From Nitrospinota bacterium (GTDB lineage: Bacteria; Nitrospinota; Nitrospinia; Nitrospinales; VA-1), in contig JAYNIA010000002.1 of NCBI GenBank assembly GCA_038108555.1, positions 133,761 through 169,695 of the forward strand: DNA of 35,935 nt, in the 5' to 3' direction. Every line of letters starts with the position of its first letter. Position 1 is the first letter of the stretch. The notes beneath the pieces are model-generated. The model was given only the letters and a program-made list of their open reading frames with translations. It had not been told where the DNA came from and searched no databases. The translations under genes were made by a program, and so were the position numbers. This document shows positions 1 through 9,935 of the stretch, piece by piece.

Positions 1-1187
1 AAAGGATCAGGGTACTCCGCTCCTCCATACTCCTGGAGCAGGCGAACATCATTCACAATGATGTGACAGGTGTCATCGGACCGGAGCAACATCTCAGCAT
101 GGGGGACTACACTTCCCTTGGGGAGGGTAAATTGCAGGCGAAGTTTTTTCTGGCTTCCGGTGATAGCCTCTTCTTTCGTAACCGTTTCCCGTACCCATAC
201 CCACTGACCGCCTTTGATACCCTGCCAACCATTTCCCATTTGACAGATGGAAGCTTTTTTCCAGCTATCATCTTCTGAGTCATAATATTCCGTCTCAACT
301 CCACTTGCCAAAACAAGAGTCTTAATGTTTGCGGAGGAAGGATCAGCCACTTCCATTTTTACGGGTTTACTGTTTTCCCACATGATGTCATTCATTTCAC
401 GCCAGTAGTCAAACATGCCGTTCTTTTTATTGACAACCTGCATGCTGGGCCGTGGTGTACTGCGCCCAAGATAAGGTCCAATATCAGCAATTATCACACC
501 TGTAGACTTATGCGCATCTATCGAAATAAAGGAGTGGGAAGGAATCGTGTCATAACTGTGAACAATCAATTCCCCTTTATTAGGTGTGTTGTCTTCGGCA
601 ATTTCATGATGCAGCTTTTGCAAAAGTAGAAGTGAAGTTTTGATTTCGTTCAGAAACGTATGCTTCCCTCCACCTTGTTTGGTGATCAACTCAACCACGG
701 GAGAGTTAGGATCCATGACCAGCAACCGAACTTTAATTCCACTCAGAATTTTTTCCTTTATCAACTCCCTACTTGCAGTTGATATGGATAAAAGGGAGGA
801 CCCTCCGATAAAAACTTCTTTTCTTACATTGTTGAAAAGTATCTCAAAAGACGTGGCCTGTGCGAGTTCGGAACGGTTTTTGTATATACCTGCAATTCCC
901 AGACGAACGGCATCGGGATTGACAATTTCCTGCAAAGCCTCCTTATATTCATTGAAGGTCAGCTCTCTCAAAAAAACTTCATAACCCAGTGAGATCACAC
1001 CAATCAGGGATATTAAAAGTGCAAATTCACGAACGGGATGAAGCCACATGGAGTGCGCATCCAGGAATTTTCCGGCTCCAATATAGCCGGCGGCACCCAC
1101 CACGAATATCCCCACCGCAAGGAACAGGATTCGGTCACGCACCCATTCGCGGATATTTAAACCATTTTTATCTTCTTTATCGCCCAT
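1..1187 (-). CDS. Partial (runs off left edge) membrane protein: 2 N-terminal TM helices + PLD-like (DUF5919-like) domain + C-terminal beta-sandwich/jelly-roll domain
   Basis: Not in the ORF track. Manual translation from ATG at 1187 gives 395 codons with no stop up to the edge: MGDKEDKNGLNIREWVRDRILFLAVGIFVVGAAGYIGAGKF...FALLISLIGVISLGYEVFL...GIAGIYKNRSE...GIKVRLLVMDPNSP...HSYDTIPSHSFISID...FDYWREMNDIMWENSKP...GQWVWVRE...EMLLRSDDTCHIIVND. Domain calls are from motif resemblance. Confidence 0.85.
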   Translation of the reverse strand, partial: MGDKEDKNGLNIREWVRDRILFLAVGIFVVGAAGYIGAGKFLDAHSMWLHPVREFALLISLIGVISLGYEVFLRELTFNEYKEALQEIVNPDAVRLGIAGIYKNRSELAQATSFEILFNNVRKEVFIGGSSLLSISTASRELIKEKILSGIKVRLLVMDPNSPVVELITKQGGGKHTFLNEIKTSLLLLQKLHHEIAEDNTPNKGELIVHSYDTIPSHSFISIDAHKSTGVIIADIGPYLGRSTPRPSMQVVNKKNGMFDYWREMNDIMWENSKPVKMEVADPSSANIKTLVLASGVETEYYDSEDDSWKKASICQMGNGWQGIKGGQWVWVRETVTKEEAITGSQKKLRLQFTLPKGSVVPHAEMLLRSDDTCHIIVNDVRLLQEYGGAEYPDP

Positions 1188-1346
1188 TTTTTATCGTAAT
1201 TGTAAGCTGGAAAGGGTTTTGAGCAGGAGTGAAGTGAAATGAGATTTTCATATTACAAACTGATTTTACTAGATAAACCCAGAATAAACAATGAAGTTTT
1301 GGTTAAGGAATTGCAAAGGTTTTGTCATATAAAGCAGGAACCAACG

Positions 1347-3620
1347 TTAACTCAGTCCGGCCTTTCTTCTGAGCCACCAATCCAGAAACAAAAACCCGAC
1401 AACAAATCCATATGCCCACCAGTTGTTCCACAATGAAAAAGACCGGCTATGGCTTTTTACCTTGATTTCAGGGTTTTCAAATTGAAGGCCACTTAAGTCG
1501 TTGGAACCATTTAAAGCAAAGTATTTGCCTCCGGAAACTTCTGAAATTTTCTTTAATATGAAATCATTCACCAAAGGTTTCTCAAACTCGGCATTATCTT
1601 TCAAAACACTGAACATTATTTCTTCTTTCAACCCTCCTATTTCAATGTTTGCCTTATAAAAACCTGCATGTTTGGGAAGAAATGTATAAACCTGTTCTCC
1701 CTGCTTGTCTGTTACTAAATCTTTGGCGATAACCTCTTCCTTCCGCGAAGAGATGGTCAGCTTACCCGTAATGTTTGATGCAGGCTGATAATTTTTTTCC
1801 AATAGCTTTAACTTTATAAAAACCTGCTGCTCTTCCTGATAACGGTCTTTGTCTGATTCCAGCTGCAGGCGACGGGTTTGAGGTTCGGCAATCAACCAAT
1901 CAATGATATTATTCCAAAACCGATGGTAGTATCGACTCCCCGACTCCTTTCTAAAACTCCATTTCCAGGCTGAGTCGGTAGCTATCAAAGCGGTTCTTCC
2001 TTCACCAAATTCACCTGCCACCAAGACAGGAACTTTGGAACCGGTCGTTTTTACAAATTCCGCAAGCACATAAGCATCCTTATTGGCCGTTAAACCGAGA
2101 TTCACTCCACCCAAAGGCGGCAAGGCATCCCAAACTTCCTGGTTGGTCTGAATATCCTTTTCCAGATGCAAAATCGGGTGGTTAGAGAAATCCTCGTTTA
2201 TTTTAGGGTGGAACTCCCGGTCCATATAACGGTTGTCGGTTTCTATAAAGTTTACCGGCAATATATCTTCAATGGGGGTGCGGGAATAACTCCCTCCCTG
2301 GAAAGAAAGTTCCCCCCCCACCATTAAAAAGGCCCCGCCTTTTTCTACATAGGAACGAATATTGGCCAGGTATTTTTTATCAATAAAGGGTTCGTACTTG
2401 AAGTTTTGGAAAATAATCAGGTCGAAAGAACTTAAATAGTCGTCAAACAAAAGATTGGATGGGAAAGGTATGAGACTGAGCTCAGAAGTAGGGGCAGCGA
2501 CATCATCTCCCAGACTTCTTAAAATAAAAAAGGAAAGCAAATCCACTCTGGGATTATTTGCTAAAACTTCCCGTAAATAACGGGAGTCCCAAGATGGTCG
2601 ACCGTTCAAATGCAGAATACGAATCCTGTCACGCGCCACATCAATTTCAAACTCTCTCTGATTATTGGTAAGAATGGATTCTTCAGCAAACCGAGGCAGG
2701 TTTAAAGTGTAAATACGTTTTCCCGTTTTCCTGGGAGTAAATTGCAAATCTATCTTGTAATATTTTTTATTCTCGCGAATCTCAATAACCTTCGAAACAA
2801 GAATATGGTCACCATCTTTCAGAACAAGAGGAACATTTCGACTACCCAAAGCGGAAGCAAAAACTGTTACAGACAAACGAACCGGCTGTTGAATAAATCC
2901 AAAATCCGGGACCGAAACCGATTCCAATGCCAGATCTTTAAACTGATCATTGTTTCCAGCCTGAAAAGTATGGATGGGCGCATTTAGTTTGGCCAAGGGC
3001 TTTAAAATACCTTGCGAGACTTCACCAGGTTCTTCTGTCAAATCTGCCCCATCTGAAAACAGAAAAACTCCCTGGAGTGATTTTTTTTCATATTCCTTAT
3101 TCAATTCATCAAGCACCCGGCTAAAATCAGTATAGGGGCGAACCGGCTGGAAGCTCTCTGAACCTCCATCGGTTTTACTAATTCCATCCGACACCAAATA
3201 GGTATCGACATGAAATTCTTTTTTCAGTTTCTCAAAATATTTTTCATTAAACTCCAGAGTTCTTTTTACAAAATCAATTCGAGAAACATCTTCAGGAAAG
3301 GTTTTGATGGAAAGGCTTTTGCTGTTGTCCAGTAAGACAGCGATATGATTTTTCAGGGAGTGGCTCTTTTTGAACTCCAGCTCCGGCCGCAACAAAATAA
3401 AAAACAGCAGGGTCAAGGCCAAGGCTCGAAGGGAAAAAAGAAAAACTTTTTTCGGCGCAGACCCGATTCTTCTCAAACTCGTCCAGGAAAACCAAAGTGC
3501 CAGTGGAATCATCAGGCCCAGAGAAACCAGAATCAACCATGGGTCTTCCAGATTCCAATTGAGTTGCCATTGGTCGTAATCGCTGGAATCAAATCCAAAA
3601 AGTTTTGCCAATAAATTCAT
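1347..3620 (-). CDS. Membrane protein with VWA domain and class I glutamine amidotransferase-like (GATase1-like) domain
   Basis: 757 aa; N-terminal TM helices; MIDAS-like LLDNSKS and FLFSDG; GATase-like segment YVEKGGAFLMVGGELSF...LPV...GEGRT; C-terminal TM ending WWLRRK, typical of this family. Confidence 0.8.
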   Translation of the reverse strand: MNLLAKLFGFDSSDYDQWQLNWNLEDPWLILVSLGLMIPLALWFSWTSLRRIGSAPKKVFLFSLRALALTLLFFILLRPELEFKKSHSLKNHIAVLLDNSKSLSIKTFPEDVSRIDFVKRTLEFNEKYFEKLKKEFHVDTYLVSDGISKTDGGSESFQPVRPYTDFSRVLDELNKEYEKKSLQGVFLFSDGADLTEEPGEVSQGILKPLAKLNAPIHTFQAGNNDQFKDLALESVSVPDFGFIQQPVRLSVTVFASALGSRNVPLVLKDGDHILVSKVIEIRENKKYYKIDLQFTPRKTGKRIYTLNLPRFAEESILTNNQREFEIDVARDRIRILHLNGRPSWDSRYLREVLANNPRVDLLSFFILRSLGDDVAAPTSELSLIPFPSNLLFDDYLSSFDLIIFQNFKYEPFIDKKYLANIRSYVEKGGAFLMVGGELSFQGGSYSRTPIEDILPVNFIETDNRYMDREFHPKINEDFSNHPILHLEKDIQTNQEVWDALPPLGGVNLGLTANKDAYVLAEFVKTTGSKVPVLVAGEFGEGRTALIATDSAWKWSFRKESGSRYYHRFWNNIIDWLIAEPQTRRLQLESDKDRYQEEQQVFIKLKLLEKNYQPASNITGKLTISSRKEEVIAKDLVTDKQGEQVYTFLPKHAGFYKANIEIGGLKEEIMFSVLKDNAEFEKPLVNDFILKKISEVSGGKYFALNGSNDLSGLQFENPEIKVKSHSRSFSLWNNWWAYGFVVGFLFLDWWLRRKAGLS

Positions 3621-4372
3621 TTAGGTTGATACCTGCGCAGACGTTCCAGGATTATGGGCAAATGCACCATGTCTTTTTTATAATCCAACGTTAATGCATA
3701 AAGGATGATATTAATGCCCAGCCGTATGGACAATTGTCGCTGGCGGTACCCCCCGACCAAAATATCGTAATTCCAGTCGCCCAATTTATTGCGCGACCAG
3801 GCACCTGCCTGATCATTGGTTGAGTACATGAGCACGGTACGGCCTTTAATGGAAATTCCTTCCATATAGGATTTAACTATCGCCCTACCCGATACGGTAT
3901 TGAGCAAATAGAAAGAACGGAAAACAGAATGGTCCCGGGGAATTTTTCGCATGGGGGTTTGGGGATAAAGTTTTTTAACCATTCTTCGTACCGACCGGTC
4001 AAATTCCGAATCTGATTCTGCAGAATTATCATCAATAAAAAGGAATCCACCATAACTTAGATATTTCCTCAGAGTTTTCAGGTCCTTTTCAGGAAAAGGG
4101 TCAAAGGCTTTATCCCCTCCCAGATATATGAATGGATAATTGAACAGGCTTGGATCCCCCAGCTTTAAAGCTATAGGTTCACGGTTAACTTCAACGGAAG
4201 TACGACGGGCTATCTGAGACAACAAACTTCTTAAACCTTCAGGGCGAGCGTTGTCGTTTCCCCCCTTGTAAATTATCCGTGGGAGTGTCAGGTCTGAATA
4301 ACCCGCCCATGCCGGACTCAGTCCAATCAGCAAAGTTCCGACCAACAATACTATGAATAAATTTTTTCGCAT
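3617..4372 (-). CDS. DUF4159 domain-containing exported protein
   Basis: Start reassigned to ATG 4372 (MRKNLFIVLLVGTLLIGLSPAWAG, signal peptide). Motifs LFNYPFIYLGG, YLSYGGFLFIDD, HSVFRSFY, GINIILYALT. 4-nt overlap with the downstream VWA gene suggests translational coupling. Confidence 0.85.
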   Translation of the reverse strand: MRKNLFIVLLVGTLLIGLSPAWAGYSDLTLPRIIYKGGNDNARPEGLRSLLSQIARRTSVEVNREPIALKLGDPSLFNYPFIYLGGDKAFDPFPEKDLKTLRKYLSYGGFLFIDDNSAESDSEFDRSVRRMVKKLYPQTPMRKIPRDHSVFRSFYLLNTVSGRAIVKSYMEGISIKGRTVLMYSTNDQAGAWSRNKLGDWNYDILVGGYRQRQLSIRLGINIILYALTLDYKKDMVHLPIILERLRRYQPK

Positions 4373-4502
4373 CTTCTTGAGTTTAAAACAGGAGGGGCGT
4401 CTATAGCAATGGATCAAAAAGTATTTTCCGGGTGTACGGGATTGCTGGCATAAGGTAAACTTGGCTCTGAATAAAAATTTAAACCTTATTCCCATAAATT
4501 TT

Positions 4503-5573
4503 ATGTCTAGAACTGTATTGCTCAATCCCGGACCGGTAAATATCACAGATAAAGTCAGGCAAGCCATGGCCTTACCCGATCTTTGCCACAGAGAAAAAGA
4601 ATTTTCTGATCTAATGGCTTCCATCCGCGCCAAACTTCTCCAGGCCTTTAATATTGAAGAAGAGTTTTCCTCCGTATTGGTTTCGGGGTCAGGAACAGCC
4701 GCACTGGAAATGGCTGTGTCGTCTTCATTATCCCCGGGACGCTCCATGCTTGTCATTGAAAACGGGGTCTATGGAGAACGAATCGGAAAAATTTGCGATG
4801 TTTATAATTTCCACCGCCACACAATCAAACTCGACTGGGGTGTTCCTCCGAACCTGGACGAAGTTGAAAACCTCCTAAAAAAGCAAAGCGACATTGAAGT
4901 GGTTTCGCTGGTTCACCATGAAACAACGACCGGTTTGCTCAATCCATTACAAGCCATAGGAGACCTGGCCAAAAAATATGGAAAAGTGTTTCTTGTCGAT
5001 TGCATTAGCAGTCTTGGAGGGGATGAAGTGGACTTTACAACCATAGACCTGGCAGTAGGCACCGCAAACAAATGTTTGCAGGGGGTTCCTGGGGTCTCCT
5101 TTGTCTTTTTTCGAAAAAAGGACTTAGCACGTCTCATTAAAATTCCGCCTCGTACTTTGTATTTCAATCTGACCGGATATCACAAAGCCCAGGAAACAGG
5201 AGGCCTTCTATTCACCCCTGCCATCCCGGCCCATTATGCATTAGATGTGGCATTGGATGAGCTGATGGAAGAAAGGGTAACAGGCAGAATTCTCAGATAT
5301 GCCAATGCGGCAAAGTTTTTACGCGAAGGTTTCGAAAAATTCGACCTTGAATTTTTAATCCCTGAAGGCTGGAGAAGCAATTGCCTGACCGGATTAAAAC
5401 TTCCGAAAGGATTGACCTATGAAAAACTGCATGGGGAACTAAAATCTAATGGATTCGTCATATATGCAGGCCAAGGAAACCTGAATGAAACCATTTTCCG
5501 CATCGCCAATATGGGTGACATCACAAAGGAAGAGTTTCAAAGGTTCCTGGATACTCTCAAACCGCTGTGCTAA
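4503..5573 (+). CDS. phnW: Class V PLP aminotransferase, 2-aminoethylphosphonate-pyruvate transaminase (PhnW/AEP transaminase)-like
   Basis: From ATG 4503: LLNPGP, GSGTAALE, HHETTTGLLNP, DCISSLGG, PLP lysine in GTANKCLQGVPG, GFVIYAGQG, FRIANMG. Confidence 0.75.
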   Translation: MSRTVLLNPGPVNITDKVRQAMALPDLCHREKEFSDLMASIRAKLLQAFNIEEEFSSVLVSGSGTAALEMAVSSSLSPGRSMLVIENGVYGERIGKICDVYNFHRHTIKLDWGVPPNLDEVENLLKKQSDIEVVSLVHHETTTGLLNPLQAIGDLAKKYGKVFLVDCISSLGGDEVDFTTIDLAVGTANKCLQGVPGVSFVFFRKKDLARLIKIPPRTLYFNLTGYHKAQETGGLLFTPAIPAHYALDVALDELMEERVTGRILRYANAAKFLREGFEKFDLEFLIPEGWRSNCLTGLKLPKGLTYEKLHGELKSNGFVIYAGQGNLNETIFRIANMGDITKEEFQRFLDTLKPLC

Positions 5574-5771
5574 TTCCCAAAAATCAAACCACCCCGGCAC
5601 AACAACTCACCGTTTGGCACTTCCAGAATATTAGGGTAAAATATTTGGCATCAAATCCTTAAATTTTTCAATCTTTTAAGTCATAAAAATCCGGAGCTAA
5701 GGACTTTTAAAAGGTCCGGAGTAATGAAAAATCCTTTATGAACTGCGAATCATAAAAGGGCATTTACCTAG

Positions 5772-8700
5772 ATGCGAAACGCTTCCATCAAACTCAAAGT
5801 TTATTGCAGTTTTGCCCTTTTATTCCTTGTAGTACTAATCTCCGCCTTCTTAACCTTCTGGTTTCAAAAAAACGCCGAAGAGGATGCCAGAATAACAAAT
5901 GCGCTGGGTCGACAGCGAATGTTAAGTCAGGCTATGGGAAAGTCTGCCTTCGGATATGCAATGGCCAAAGGTCGCATTAAAACCATGGAACAAAATGTTG
6001 GTTCGCTGGATGATTATGTCACTCAAATGAGAATGATATACACCCAATCAATCGTGGGAGTGGCAAAAAAATCTGGAATAAAAATATCGATGCATCCTGA
6101 GGAAGAAACGCATCCTGCTGTTCCTTTCCCTGCCACCTTCACCCGGCTTGTTAATACAACATTTGGGCAAGGCAAAACTTTGCAAATTAATATTTTTTCG
6201 GAATCCCCTGTAAATCCGACGCAGAACCTTAAGTCTAAAATTGACCAAGAAGCCTATGCGTTTTTATAAAGAAATCCGGACCAATTGTTCAACAAAGCCT
6301 ATGAGGAAGATAACAAATTTTTCATAAATTTTTATTCGGCAGATATTGCAACTGTCAAAGCCTGTGCAACCTGCCACACAAAATTAAAAAAGACTCCATT
6401 TCAAATAGGGGATATTCTGGGAATCAGAAGGTACAAACTATTATTTTCAGAAGATATTGCCCTGGGGAAGGCCGAACTCAAACCCAGCCTGGAAGAATAT
6501 GAAAGAGCAAAAAAGATATTTACCCAAACCCTTGCAGCGGCTAAATCCGGTGGGGTTTACCCAACCGATCTGGAAATGACCGAGTACAAGGAAATGGGTT
6601 CAATTGATGTTCCCATTGCAAGAGAAACTATAAAAAAAAAGGAAGAGCATTTAGAGATTTTAAAAAACAGAGTACAAACGTTGCTAACCTCTGAAGTGAA
6701 TTCTATACCCTACAGAAGGGCTCAGGAAGAGATTATTTTAACCTCAAATATTTTGCGCAAACACAGCAACGATTTGGTAGATATCTATGCAAAAGTTGCA
6801 AGACAAAATCAGGAAAACATCCGAAAATCGGTAATTATTTGCGCTTCCGTGACACTACTCCTCTTATTATGTATTGCCTACTACCTGTCCACCGTAGTAA
6901 TCAATCCTATCCGCAAAGTTTCCAATACCCTTACAGGAATTAGTGATGGAGTACTCCATCAAGACAAACTACCTGTATCATCCCAAGATGAAGTCGGAAT
7001 GCTCAGCCAATCCAGCAACAGGTTATTGGACGGGTTACAGGAGTTTATTGGTCATAGCCGCAACTTATTAAAGGGGCAAACAGATTCAATAGATTTCGGA
7101 TCAGTGAGTTTGAGTGGAGATTTTAAAAACTCCCTGTTCACGATGCAAAAGCATGCAGAAGAAAGAAAAGAAATAGAAGATCAAAAAGAAGGGTTGCACA
7201 AACTCAGCGAAAGCATGCATGGAGAGCAGGAAATTTCCAATCTGGGAAACAACATCCTCATGTCGCTCATGGAGCACCTCAATTTACCTCTTGGGGCTTT
7301 GTTTATTTTAAAATCAGACAATTTGCTGCACCGGGTGGCAAGTCATGGGTACCCCAAAAATGACAACATCGAAGAACATTTTGAATTAGGTTCAGGGTTG
7401 GTTGGAAAAGCCGCCTTACAAAACAAACCCGTTAAAGTGGATGAAATACCAGAAAATATTCGAGTCAGCTTTGGCTTTGGCGAAGTCTCTCCTAAATTTA
7501 TTTTGCTTTATCCCCTCACCTACCATGACGCGGTAATTGGTGTTTTGGAACTGGGTTCATTTGAAAATTTCACTCAGGACCAAACCAATTGGCTGGAGCA
7601 AGCGATAGAAACCATCCCAGTCTCCATTCGGGCTTGTCTTGATATTGCCATCCGCAAGGAAGCCGAGCAGGAAATGAAGTTAGCCAAACAAAAAGCCGAG
7701 GCGGCCGACACAGCCAAATCCCATTTCCTGGCAAACATGAGTCATGAAATCAGGACTCCAATGAATGCCATTATTGGAATGAGCGAACTAGCTTTAAAAA
7801 CCGAACTGGATTCGAAACAGCAAAACTATATCTCGAAAATCCTTTTGTCATCGAAATCCTTGCTGGGAATCATTAATGACATTCTTGATTTTTCCAAAAT
7901 TGAAGCTGGAAAAATGGATATGGAGGTTGTGGAATTCAGCATTGCCGAGGTGCTTGAAAACCTTTCCACCCTCATCACTCAAAAGGCCCATGAAAAGGGA
8001 TTAGAAATACTCTTTTCTATTGATAAAAAAGTACCCGCGTTTTTGATGGGCGACCCTTTGAGATTGGGACAAATCCTCACCAACCTGGCAAATAACGCGG
8101 TGAAGTTTACTGAAACCGGAGAGGTTATTGTCTCGATTGAGTCCCTGGAAGAAAGCAAAGAATCAGTGACTTTAAGGTTTGAAGTCAAAGATTCTGGAAT
8201 TGGATTGACTCAGGAACAAATGGATCGGTTGTTTAAATCCTTCAGCCAGGCAGACAAGACAACGACCCGGAAATACGGAGGAACCGGTTTGGGACTGGCC
8301 ATCTCCAAAAAACTGGTTAAAAAAATGGAGGGTGAAATCTGGGTTGAAAGTGAAGTGGGTGAGGGAAGCCGATTTATCTTTACCGCAAAATTCAAAAATC
8401 CCATCCACAAACATCAAAAAGCAATGGAACCCACGCAAGATCTTAAGGGATTACATATCCTGCTTGTGGATGATAACCAGGCCACTCTTGATATTCTTCA
8501 AGAAGCCCTGGAATCCCTCTCCTTCCAGGTATCCCAGGCCCTTTCCGGTGAAGAGGCCCTGGATTTGCTGGACCAGGCCCAGGAGGTTCCCTTTGGTTTG
8601 ATATTCATGGACTGGAAAATGCCCGGGCTGGATGGAATAGAAACATCGAACCGAATCCGCAAAAAAACCATACTGAATCCTCAACCAAAAATAATCATGC

Positions 8701-9671
8701 TCACCGCATATGGCGGAGAAGAGGTCATGAATAAAGCTCAGGAAGCCAAACTGGATGGGTTTCTCGTCAAACCCGTTACCCCCTCAAATCTACTCGATTC
8801 CATAATGGGAGTATTTGGCAAGACCACGAACAAAATAAAACCTTCGGAGTTAAAAGCGGGTCCGAAGAATCAAATTTCTGAAGAAATTAAAGGCTCTTAC
8901 GTGTTGCTGGTTGAAGATAACGAAATCAACCAGGAAGTAGCTTTGGAAGTTTTAGAACAGGCAGGTTTGGCAGTAACAGTAGTCAACAATGGAAAAGAAG
9001 CCGTTGATGCTCTATCAAATGAAGATTATGACTGCGTCTTAATGGACCTGCAAATGCCTGTGATGGATGGTTTCGAAGCCACAAAAATCATTCGGGAAAA
9101 TAAAAAGCACAAATCCCTTCCCGTGATTGCCATGACCGCAAACGCAATGTCTGGAGACAAAGAAAAATGTCTTAAAGCGGGAATGAACGATCATGTTTCC
9201 AAACCTATCGATACGAAACAACTCTTCACGGCACTCAACCGATGGATCAAACCCGGAAAAAGAAAAGCACCGGCCCCGAAACCAAAAGAACCCGAAAAAA
9301 AACCTGAGGGAGAGGACTTTCCCGACTTACCCGGATTTGATGTAAAAAAAGGCCTGGAAATACTTGGTGGAAACAAAGCCCTCTATAAAACTCTTTTAAT
9401 TAAATTATATGAGGATTTTTCAGACTCTGCGGAAAGAGTAAAGTCCATGCTGGACAAAGATGATGTGGAAAATGCCGGAATACTCGTGCATACCGTCAAA
9501 GGAGTAGGGTCAAATTTGGGCGCATTGGAACTTAGCAAGGCCGCAGCAAAATTTGAAGAAGCTCTTAGAGAAAAAGAGAGCAGTTCTTATGAAGGCTTAT
9601 ATTCAATCTTTAAAGAAAAACTGGATATTGTCTCAAAGGGATTGAAGGAAAACGGTTTTGATAACAATTAA
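5772..9671 (+). pseudogene. Hybrid sensor histidine kinase (TM-PilJ/NarX-like + DUF3365 heme-c domain-TM-HAMP-GAF-HisKA-HATPase-REC-REC-HPt) interrupted by one in-frame TAA at 6267-6269
   Basis: ORFs 5772..6269 and 6285..9671 share a frame (offset 513 = 171 codons) and read ...[14 protein letters not shown]... Motifs: NALGRQRMLSQ, PFPATF, CATCH (6363-6377), [21 protein letters not shown], two receivers (FMDWKMP, LMDLQMP), HPt LVHTVKG. Confidence 0.8.
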
Positions 9672-9850
9672 TTTCCACTCTGGTCATCTTCGACCTCAAT
9701 TTCCTGGCTATGCTCGGTGGCGGGATTTGCCTTCAGCATCCAGGGCTCCCGCACATATTTTTCACCTTTTCTCCTGGTAAATGAATCCAGACTTTTTTTG
9801 TTGTCTTTCAGGTACTGCTCCATCTTGGATTTCTTGTCTCTTTCAGCCAT
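9668..9850 (-). CDS. Small hypothetical protein (60 aa, charged)
   Basis: ATG start with AGGAAG upstream; fills the gap between the convergent kinase and the TVP38 gene; stop overlaps the kinase stop. Confidence 0.55.
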   Translation of the reverse strand: MAERDKKSKMEQYLKDNKKSLDSFTRRKGEKYVREPWMLKANPATEHSQEIEVEDDQSGN

Positions 9851-9935
9851 TTTCTTCCTAACTCAAACTTCATTTTAAAGGGACAGCCAGTTAACCCTAA
9901 TTACAAGCTTCCGTCAAGCACCAATATTTTTAAAC

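Noticed and set aside
1233..1255. Fur-box-like AT-rich dyad upstream of the first ORF
   Set aside because: Spacing does not fit the 7-1-7 consensus; likely chance in AT-rich DNA.
63..1436. Short track ORFs 63..278, 107..316, 640..984, 989..1222, 1239..1436
   Set aside because: The first four are shadows or off-frame fragments of the long minus-strand ORF 1..1187; 1239..1436 is antisense to the end of the VWA gene and has no motifs.
4373..4756. N-terminal extension of the 379-aa ORF 3617..4756
   Set aside because: It is antisense to the aminotransferase; the signal peptide begins at ATG 4372.
6258..6272. Programmed frameshift or Sec/Pyl recoding at the kinase stop
   Set aside because: The downstream ORF is in the same frame, so no shift is needed; the codon is TAA, not TGA or TAG.
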